Shown here piece by piece: positions 14,031 through 21,178 of a stretch of DNA of 42,152 nt; positions within the stretch are counted from its first letter, which is position 1, and each line of letters begins with the position of its first letter. Position numbers and translations under genes: made by a program. Source of the DNA: a virus. Taxonomy: Duplodnaviria > Caudoviricetes. The stretch lies in IMG/VR virus record IMGVR_UViG_3300022666_000164, positions 1 to 42,152 of that record; one strand, written 5' to 3'. The notes below the pieces were generated by a model. It did not search any database, was not told where the DNA came from, and was given only the letters and a program-made list of their open reading frames with translations.

Positions 14031-15059
14031 TTAGACCGCGTTGGCCTTAGCGGCCGCGTCCTGGGGGTTGCTTCCCTCGTCGCGCGCGGCCCGATAAACC
14101 CGCATCCAGGCCACAGCCTGGTCGGGCGCGCAATCGGCGCTCAGGTTGGAGAGGGCGAGCGCCTTCTTCGCTGAAATCGTGCTGTCTGAGAGTTGCGCTT
14201 TCAGGATGGCCTGCAGGACCGGAAACGGCCAGGCGATAGCGGGGGCGGGAGTCGGAGCGGGAGCGGGAGACGGAGCGGGAGTGTCCGTGACGATCTCGCC
14301 CTCGCTCGCTGCCGGGGCGGGTGCAGGGACGGCCTGGGCGGGGGTGTCATATAGCAATTCTGAGGCGGCTTGGGCAGTGATGGCGGCCGGGGGATTCTCG
14401 CGCCGGTCGGCGCTGGCTTGCGCTAACGCTGCCACGGCCTGTGTATCCTCAGTCAAAGCGGCGGCCCCCTCATAATCCTCTGGGGATGGTAGGGTATACC
14501 CCAACCGAGTGCGCGCCTCGGCCAGTTCCGCCGCGTTGGGCACGCCGAATTTTTGGCGGTAGGCGTCCGTCAAGGCGCGCTTTTGCACTTTCCAGGCTGG
14601 AGAACGACCTTTAGGAGCAAAATATGCTCCATTGTATTCTTGCGCCGTCGCCGTGCCGATACCTACACAAGTGAACATTCGCAATGCTTCTTCACTGCCG
14701 ACGATGGCGGCCATGTCTGACATTGCCTTCAAGTCGCTGCACATGATGAATTCACAACGATAAGCAATCGTTGTATCTGCCAAACCTTCAGCGGCCAGCT
14801 GCTCTTTTGTTAGACGAGTATACCGAGGCTGCGTGTGTTGCCCGTAGACCTTCTTTACCCACGTCTCCAACAGCTGGTAGCCAATCTGGAAATTGACACG
14901 TCCTTTGTCATCCTTCCAGATTTGCACCTCTGCCGGGTTGAGTGGATCAAGTCCCATAGACAGTGAACGCCGGACAACAAATTCAACTTCCTGATCTGTC
15001 ATGCCTTGTGCCCAGGGCGCTACCCGTCGTACAATCTCTATCATTGCTTGCTCAGTCAT
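14031..15059 (-). CDS. Bet/RecT-like single-strand annealing recombinase
   Basis: TDQEVEFVV...GLDPLNPAEVQIWK...FQIGY and KVQKRALTDAYRQKF resemble Red-beta family motifs; Pro/Ala linker. Confidence 0.7.
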   Translation of the reverse strand: MTEQAMIEIVRRVAPWAQGMTDQEVEFVVRRSLSMGLDPLNPAEVQIWKDDKGRVNFQIGYQLLETWVKKVYGQHTQPRYTRLTKEQLAAEGLADTTIAYRCEFIMCSDLKAMSDMAAIVGSEEALRMFTCVGIGTATAQEYNGAYFAPKGRSPAWKVQKRALTDAYRQKFGVPNAAELAEARTRLGYTLPSPEDYEGAAALTEDTQAVAALAQASADRRENPPAAITAQAASELLYDTPAQAVPAPAPAASEGEIVTDTPAPSPAPAPTPAPAIAWPFPVLQAILKAQLSDSTISAKKALALSNLSADCAPDQAVAWMRVYRAARDEGSNPQDAAAKANAV

Positions 15060-15074
15060 GTTTAACTCCTCTCT

Positions 15075-15428
15075 CTAAAATTGACGCAGTTCCGACAACA
15101 AAGCGGCCCGGTCGGCCTGGGCCGCTCGCCATTCGCGATAGTCTTCCTCGGCGCATTCCTGCCAGTCATGGTCGGCGGCCCGCCCGCAGACCGGGCAACG
15201 GCTCGCGGCTTCCAAGCGGGCGATCTGCGCGTTCAATTCGTTCAAGGCTTCCATTGCCGCATGAGCCGCCACTTCGTCGTGATCTTCCAGGAAAAACCGG
15301 ATTGAGTTTTCCAGGATTGTCCGGCGATTGCGGGCCGCTTGCAAGAAGTCGGGCGTCGGGCGAGATTCGGCGGGATTGCCCAGGCCGTTGGGGGTGGTAT
15401 GCATAATGCGGGCGCTAGTCTTGCTCAT
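15075..15428 (-). CDS. Hypothetical protein with small Zn-binding motif
   Basis: CPVCG...H...C; RBS GGGAGA. Confidence 0.65.
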   Translation of the reverse strand: MSKTSARIMHTTPNGLGNPAESRPTPDFLQAARNRRTILENSIRFFLEDHDEVAAHAAMEALNELNAQIARLEAASRCPVCGRAADHDWQECAEEDYREWRAAQADRAALLSELRQF

Positions 15429-15496
15429 GCCGTGTCTCCCTTTACGTTGCTGGTTATTCTCAGAAAGCAGACAATGCTCGGAAGGGCATTAAGACC

Positions 15497-15934
15497 TTAA
15501 TATGACCCACAAGCCGCAATGAACTGGATGTCTCCGGGGTCGCCCCCGTGCCCATCGTGCTTGTGCCAGGTCACTTCGCCCTCGACAGTGAAACTGACAC
15601 CGTCAAGGTCGAATCGAAACTTGCCAGCCCAGGTCAGGCGTTCGTAGCCTGACCTCATATGGTAAACACCATCAACCCGGATCGCCTCAAACCCGGGCGG
15701 GAGAATTCCAAACTCAGTCTCGTTGACTGAGTTATGGACAACAACATAAGAATACGCCAGTAAAAACTCGGCGTATTCTATCACATCACGAGCCCCTTGA
15801 TAGCGCTTGGCTTCCCAAGCGCAGTAGAGGTCGATTTCGATGTAGGGGTAAACCGACCTCACCTGATCGGTGAATCTGCCACCGGTCCATACATTGACCG
15901 GGCAGAATCTGTCTAACCATTCTGCTAGATCCAT
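15497..15934 (-). CDS. Hypothetical early cassette protein
   Basis: AAGGAG RBS; bounded by boundary repeats. Confidence 0.7.
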   Translation of the reverse strand: MDLAEWLDRFCPVNVWTGGRFTDQVRSVYPYIEIDLYCAWEAKRYQGARDVIEYAEFLLAYSYVVVHNSVNETEFGILPPGFEAIRVDGVYHMRSGYERLTWAGKFRFDLDGVSFTVEGEVTWHKHDGHGGDPGDIQFIAACGSY

Positions 15935-16015
15935 TTTCGTCGTCTCCTTAGTTGTTATGCTTTCATTATTACTGCCGGGTTAGTTACCTCCCCGGCTTTT
16001 AGTCACCTCCCCGGT

Positions 16016-16219
16016 CTAATTGGAATAGTATGCTCTGGCCTTTTCATTTTCCTCGTAGGCCAGAGTCTCCGCCTCATCCTGCGTCAAATGCTGAGCGACT
16101 ACGCGCGGCGCGTAGTCGCCGTGAGTTCGGACGAGCTGCGTGAGCTCGTCCTGATCAATAACACGAACATACATATAACCTCCCTCCCGTACTACGGCAA
16201 ACAACTCGCTCTTATCCAT
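16016..16219 (-). CDS. Small acidic early cassette protein (67 aa)
   Basis: GGAGG RBS in repeat C before MDKSELF. Confidence 0.7.
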   Translation of the reverse strand: MDKSELFAVVREGGYMYVRVIDQDELTQLVRTHGDYAPRVVAQHLTQDEAETLAYEENEKARAYYSN

Positions 16220-16379
16220 CTCAACCTCCATTTTGGTCTTTAGAACTACGGCTCTGCGTTTTGGGGCTTGCCACCCGCACTCACCGCCCTGTGCGATGAG
16301 TGGCCGCATTACTGCCGGGTTAGTCACCTCCCCGGTCTAATTAGAACCAGTACTCATGCCCGTGAGGGCATTAAGACCT

Positions 16380-16703
16380 TTACCAAGTCTCGTAAGTTTC
16401 GGCGATTTCATCAGCGTGCTCTCGGAAGAACTTGACTGTGAAGCGGGCCTTTTCCCCGACTGGGCGAACTCGATAACCATCGTAAATCTCTTCGACCTCG
16501 TAGCCGGAGAGAACCACTACTTCGTCATCATCGCCCATCGCATCCATCACAGTGTTGCGAAGCAGGTCGGAAACCGTCAAGCAAGCGCACAACCCCTCTT
16601 TTTCCTCATCATCTTCGTACCCGTCACCGCCATTCGCGGAGTTGTAGGATTTCATCTGCTCGAAGCTATAACCTTTTGTCTGCGCTCTGAAGTAGTTGTT
16701 CAT
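16380..16703 (-). CDS. Highly acidic early protein (107 aa), first gene after the leftward promoter
   Basis: GGAGG RBS in repeat C before MNNYFRAQ; D/E-rich. Confidence 0.75.
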   Translation of the reverse strand: MNNYFRAQTKGYSFEQMKSYNSANGGDGYEDDEEKEGLCACLTVSDLLRNTVMDAMGDDDEVVVLSGYEVEEIYDGYRVRPVGEKARFTVKFFREHADEIAETYETW

Positions 16704-16742
16704 CTCACCCTCCATTTTGTTTTGGTCTTTAGAACTATCTAT

Positions 16743-16865
16743 AGTATAGCACTAAACATGAATTTGTCAATAGTCAAACTATATGATAAATGTCACTTTT
16801 TTGTATGATACCTATCATATCGGCCCGGACTGCTATACCCAAACGGGCCGCCGATGTGCTATACT
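16743..16865. promoter_or_regulatory. Divergent promoter region
   Basis: Leftward TTGACA (16770-16765)-16 bp-TATACT with TG extension. Rightward TGcTATACT near 16857-16865. AT-rich. Confidence 0.75.
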
Positions 16866-16892
16866 GATAGTATCCCAGTGGAGGTGGATGAT

Positions 16893-17309
16893 ATGGAAGG
16901 CAAGGTGTTCGTGAAGCTCACGCTCCTGGTGGAGGTGCGCGAGCAATTGCGGAAGGTGTGTGCTATCGCGGAGATGCGTCCGGCGCGGGTGGTAAGCGCG
17001 CTCGTGCTCGCCGCCGCGCGCCTGCTCAGCTACGGCTTCTCCTGGTTTGATCTGATTCTGTATATCAATGTATCGCCGTCGGCGGTGTTGGCGTTGGTGG
17101 AGATTGCGCAGGGCGAGGCGTATCCTCCCGACGTGGCGGTGTGGCTGCTGACCAACGCCGCTGCCGGGGCAGTCCGGCGTGGGATGGAATTCGGTGACGT
17201 GATCCGTGCTCTGACTACCCTCTCCCCCACCGCCGAGGTCCCCCAGTCGGTCACAACGGACGTGACCGACCGACTGACCGACCGACCACAGGAGGAGGCG
17301 CACGCATGA
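16893..17309 (+). CDS. Putative ribbon-helix-helix regulator
   Basis: VFVKLTLLVEVREQLRKVCAIAEMRPARVVSALV fits a beta-alpha-alpha pattern; GGAGG RBS; first gene of the rightward operon. Confidence 0.55.
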   Translation: MEGKVFVKLTLLVEVREQLRKVCAIAEMRPARVVSALVLAAARLLSYGFSWFDLILYINVSPSAVLALVEIAQGEAYPPDVAVWLLTNAAAGAVRRGMEFGDVIRALTTLSPTAEVPQSVTTDVTDRLTDRPQEEAHA

Positions 17310-17890
17310 ACCCCAAGACGCTCAGCCGACTGATTTACCTTGCGGCGCTGACCGTCGCGGCTCAGTATGTCGTGCAAGGCGCGATGGCATCCGGGGCGAC
17401 GTTGGCCGATTTCCCGACCTGGTTCCTGGTAGTGGATTACGGCCTGTGGGCGATCCGGGCGTTTGTGGAGGCTTCGGTCATTGTGGCCCTGTTCCAGGTG
17501 GAGCCGAAAACGCCCCGTCACGCGCGCCTGCTGCTGGCGTTTGAGGCAGCCCTGATTGCCCTGATCACGTTGACCCTCGGTCCGGCGCTCTATGCGCTCG
17601 GCCAGGGACAGACGATGGCGGACACCCTGCGTGGCGGCTGGTTGCTGGCCTGGAACCTCGCTTTGGCCAGTTACACCCCGCTCATGATGGCCGCTTCCGG
17701 CGCAGCATATCGCGTCGCCATGTACACCCCGCCGCTTCAGCAAGCAATCCCGGCCCCGGAGTTGTTCACGAACAAACGTGCGCGGGTGCGGCAGTTGGCG
17801 GGCGAACATCCCGACTGGTCGCGCGCAGAACTGGCGCGCGCCGCCGGGTGTGATGTGTCCACCGTGACGCGGGCTTTGCACGATGGTTGA
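17306..17890 (+). CDS. Four-TM membrane protein with C-terminal HTH
   Basis: Four hydrophobic segments followed by PDWSRAELARAAGCDVSTVTRAL. Confidence 0.8.
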   Translation: MNPKTLSRLIYLAALTVAAQYVVQGAMASGATLADFPTWFLVVDYGLWAIRAFVEASVIVALFQVEPKTPRHARLLLAFEAALIALITLTLGPALYALGQGQTMADTLRGGWLLAWNLALASYTPLMMAASGAAYRVAMYTPPLQQAIPAPELFTNKRARVRQLAGEHPDWSRAELARAAGCDVSTVTRALHDG

Positions 17891-18062
17891 CGCCGTGCTC
17901 GTCATCGCGCTTTGCGCTGCCGCGTGCGCGGCCTGCTGCGGCTACGTCCTGGTCATCGCGTTCGGCGTGCCGTCCCTGCCTGCCGTAATCATCACGGCTC
18001 TGCTGGCAGTGGGGATGTTCATGGCCCTGGTCCTGGCGGCCACGGAGGAGGACAATGAGTAA
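17883..18062 (+). CDS. Small two-TM membrane protein (59 aa)
   Basis: MVDAVLVIALCAAACAACCGYVLVIAFGVPSLPAVIITALLAVGMFMALVLAATEEDNE; overlaps the previous stop. Confidence 0.65.
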   Translation: MVDAVLVIALCAAACAACCGYVLVIAFGVPSLPAVIITALLAVGMFMALVLAATEEDNE

Positions 18063-18223
18063 ATTCACGCGCCTGCCTGCCGACTTGCGGAAAATCTTCA
18101 ATTACACGGCGGGCTGCAAGGTGTTTGCTTCCCGGCGCACGCACAGACTACGCGTCCGCATGCCGCGCGATCTGTCGCGTGCCAAGCGGCGGTGGGCACT
18201 ATGAGTGCCGCTCTGGTGAGGCT

Positions 18224-18802
18224 ATGAACAAATTCACGCGCCTGCCTGCCGACTACCGCAACTTCCTGGTGGGGCTGGTAGCCCTGCTGGTGCTGGCGGT
18301 GCTGTGGGGCGCGCAAGCGGCGGTGCGCTCGCACGCGCCGCAAGCGCAAGCGCAAGCGTTGGCCGTGCAACTGCAAAGCAATGAGGAGGCGCAACGCCAG
18401 GCCGACGAACGCGTAACCGTACTGCGCGCGCGCAATGCTGCGCGCGCGCGGTGGCAGGCGCGCGTGGAGGCCGCGCGCGGGCTGGCGCAAATCGGCGGGT
18501 ATGCGCTCGCGCTGACGTTGGGCGGTTGCACGGCGTTGGTGGCGCTCTCGCTTGCCGTGCGGCACTGGCGCGCCACCGTGCAACTACCCCCGGCGCGCCG
18601 CTTGCCGCGCGGGGCAGTGCAATTTGCGGGCGCGGTGTTAGACACCGAAACCGGCGCGCAATGGCAAGTTGGCGCGCCGCACGATCCGCAACTGGAGCAG
18701 GCCCAGGCGCTTGCGGCGTTGTACCAGGCGCGTGGGATGGCGCGCCGGGAAGCGTTGCCGCTGGCCTGGCGGGAAGTGCAAGCGCTCACGATGGAGGGGT
18801 GA
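18224..18802 (+). CDS. Two-TM membrane protein with coiled-coil loop
   Basis: Start MNKFTRLPAD after GAGG; two hydrophobic helices. Confidence 0.7.
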   Translation: MNKFTRLPADYRNFLVGLVALLVLAVLWGAQAAVRSHAPQAQAQALAVQLQSNEEAQRQADERVTVLRARNAARARWQARVEAARGLAQIGGYALALTLGGCTALVALSLAVRHWRATVQLPPARRLPRGAVQFAGAVLDTETGAQWQVGAPHDPQLEQAQALAALYQARGMARREALPLAWREVQALTMEG

Positions 18803-19017
18803 TGGTTCAAATTCAGGTCACACTACGACGACAGGATGATGGTATGGTGGGAATGAACGCCAATTTACTAACCAGCGATCCAGGCGATTATGAGTTGCGC
18901 GTCGGGAGTGTTGTGTGGAAAGCGATAACCGCGCTGCTGCCGGCCCTATCAGAGTCAGATAATCCATCAGGATTAGTAGAACAAATAATTGCATTACTCA
19001 ATGAACAAAAACGATGA
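18802..19017 (+). CDS. Hypothetical protein (71 aa, lower GC)
   Basis: TGATG coupling and GGAGG RBS; starts MVQIQVTLRR. Confidence 0.6.
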   Translation: MVQIQVTLRRQDDGMVGMNANLLTSDPGDYELRVGSVVWKAITALLPALSESDNPSGLVEQIIALLNEQKR

Positions 19018-19113
19018 CACTGGCAGCTGGCGCTGGCCGCTGACGTGGCAGGAAGTGCAAGCATTGACGGTGGAGGGATAACTCAGTGTTAGACGGATTC
19101 TCTACGAGGTCTT

Positions 19114-19971
19114 ATGTGGAAGAGCGGATTTGTTGAGTGGGTCGAGGGCGATATAGCGTTTCTGTCTGTCGTGTTCTCCTGGCAGTTGCAGAACGCGTAT
19201 CAGCGTGCCGCGTGGTATCGCAGCGCAGGGTATCACGTTCGTGCTGGTGGGCCAGCGGTAACGCTCAACCCTGAGTTTTTGGCAGATATTGCGCAGATCG
19301 GCGGTGATGTTCCGACGCTGCATCGTCACAATCCTGATGCTACGTTTACCTCGCGGGGATGCGTGAACCGTTGCGCGTTTTGCGCCGTTCCGACGTTAGA
19401 AGGCGCGCTGGTCGAATTGGATGATTGGCCGGTAAAGCCGATCATCTGTGACAATAATCTTACAGCGTGCAGTGTGGCGCATTTTGACCGCGTGATTGAC
19501 CGACTGTTGGAACACAACGTCGGAGGCGTGGACTTCAACCAGGGGCTTGACGCGCGCCTGCTCACCGAGCATCACGCGGCGCGGATCGCGGAGTTACATC
19601 GCGCCGGATTGCTGGCAGTGGTGCGCTTGGCGTGGGATCACAGCAGCCTGGAAGCGCAGTTCCGGCGCGCTCACGGAATCCTGAGAGATGCGGGTATACC
19701 GGGGCGCAACATCCGCGTGTATTGTTTGATTGGTTTCAACGATACGCCAGAGGATGCACGCTATAGACTGGAAACCGTCTACAGCATGGGCAGTTTGCCC
19801 TCACCGATGCGTTATCAGCCACTGCACTCAACACGGCGCAATGAACACGTCGGCGAACATTGGAGTCATCGAGAACTAACGCGCTATATGCGGTACTACT
19901 CGAATCTGGTGCGGTTGAGGGCGGTTCCATTCGATGAATTCGAGAATCCGCCCAACACCGCTTCCACCTGA
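19114..19971 (+). CDS. Radical SAM protein
   Basis: TSRGCVNRCAFCAVP (CxxxCxxC), DNN, DFNQGLDARL, YCLIGF. Confidence 0.9.
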   Translation: MWKSGFVEWVEGDIAFLSVVFSWQLQNAYQRAAWYRSAGYHVRAGGPAVTLNPEFLADIAQIGGDVPTLHRHNPDATFTSRGCVNRCAFCAVPTLEGALVELDDWPVKPIICDNNLTACSVAHFDRVIDRLLEHNVGGVDFNQGLDARLLTEHHAARIAELHRAGLLAVVRLAWDHSSLEAQFRRAHGILRDAGIPGRNIRVYCLIGFNDTPEDARYRLETVYSMGSLPSPMRYQPLHSTRRNEHVGEHWSHRELTRYMRYYSNLVRLRAVPFDEFENPPNTAST

Positions 19972-20007
19972 GGCGGCCGCGCGTTGGAGCAGGTTTCTGG
20001 AGAGGTG

Positions 20008-20988
20008 ATGCCCAACAAACAACAGGATGACGGCGGCGGTTGGCGCTGGCCGTTCGCCATGTTCGGCGGTGAACGCGCTACCCGCGAGAGCGAGTTATCG
20101 CGCCCGCTCTACCATGCTGCTTGGGTGGCGGCGCTCGTGCTGGGCGCGTTTGTCGTCATCCTGTGTGAGGCGCTTCTGATCGGTCGCGGTCTCCCGCTTT
20201 CCCTGGGGCTGGCAGTGCTGTGGTGGCTGGGCCGGCCCGCGCTCACCGATGGTGGTTTGCCGTTCAGCCTGCGCCTAGCGGTGGTGGTCGTGCTGGCGGC
20301 ACTGGCCGGGGCCTGGCTGTTCTGGCTCGGCCCGGCGATCCTGTGGCGCGGCTGGTTTCCAGTCTGGTATGCCATCACCCCGACCGCGTTCATCGTGCAC
20401 TCCAACGCGCATGGCCTGACGCTGCCGCTTTGGGTGCTCTGGCTGCGCCTGGCCGTCGTCGTGGCCCTGCCGGTGGTCTACCTGGCCGCCGGGGGCCCGG
20501 TGCTGTTGCGCTTCTGGCAGGAGATTTTGTTGCCCGGCCTGTCAGCGGTCCGGGCCTTCCCGGTGGACGTGTGGCGGCTGCCGTTCCCACCGTTCTCCTG
20601 GCTGTCCCCGGTGGACAGGCAGGAGCCGGTGGAGACGCAAACGGTCATCGGCCCCGACCTGGAGCCGCGCACGGAGCCGCTCACGCATGCCCGCACGACC
20701 GTGCGCAGCAACGGTAGCGGGCATTCCTGGCGGCGCGAAATCATCGCCTTAGGCTTGAGGGACGAACAATGGGCGGAGATCGCCCGCCGCGCGTTGGGTG
20801 GGTTGGGCTGGACGGACGCCGAGCGCCTGCCAGGGGTGGCGCTGCACGACTGGCGCAAGTTGCGGCAGGCCCTGGCGCGCGTACAATGGCTTGAGAATCC
20901 GACCGGACGGCGGTATGAATTGACCGACCACGGTCGGGAGCAATTTGAGCGAATTGCAGCGGGCGACTATAGCCCGTTGGGGAGGTGA
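20008..20988 (+). CDS. Multi-TM membrane protein with C-terminal winged-helix-like domain
   Basis: About four TM segments; C-terminal QWLENPTGRRYELTDHGREQF wing motif. Confidence 0.75.
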   Translation: MPNKQQDDGGGWRWPFAMFGGERATRESELSRPLYHAAWVAALVLGAFVVILCEALLIGRGLPLSLGLAVLWWLGRPALTDGGLPFSLRLAVVVVLAALAGAWLFWLGPAILWRGWFPVWYAITPTAFIVHSNAHGLTLPLWVLWLRLAVVVALPVVYLAAGGPVLLRFWQEILLPGLSAVRAFPVDVWRLPFPPFSWLSPVDRQEPVETQTVIGPDLEPRTEPLTHARTTVRSNGSGHSWRREIIALGLRDEQWAEIARRALGGLGWTDAERLPGVALHDWRKLRQALARVQWLENPTGRRYELTDHGREQFERIAAGDYSPLGR

Positions 20989-21126
20989 TGGAGGCGCGCA
21001 AGCCTAGCGGATGATGCGCTGCGGCTACAAGCAGGGGCGGCCACGGCCCGAATGTATCAGAACCCCGGTGGCTGGGGTGGTAGCAGAGCAAACTGGCTGA
21101 CATCAATCGCATAGCGGAGTCTAAGC

Positions 21127-21158
21127 AACAGCCCCCGGCTTGGCGACCGGGGGCTGTT
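21127..21158. terminator. Terminator between convergent operons
   Basis: aacagcccccgg-cttggcga-ccgggggctgtt, perfect 12-bp stem. Confidence 0.8.
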
Positions 21159-21178
21159 TGCCGTCAGAAAGCGCCGCA

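Larger units (their letters stand above)
15483..16737. repeat. Three families of intergenic boundary repeats
   Basis: A: agggcattaagacctt at 15483 and 16365. B: attactgccgggttagt(c/t)acctccccgg(tctaatt) at 15968-16021 and 16308-16342. C: catctca.cctccattttg...gtctttagaacta at 16217 and 16701. Confidence 0.9.

Noticed and set aside
15483-16737. CRISPR array or integron attC cassettes
   Set aside because: Repeats are of three types, separated by whole genes, without regular spacers, attC consensus, cas or intI genes.
20989-21125. Possible ncRNA or small ORF before the terminator
   Set aside because: No convincing structure, RBS or motif.
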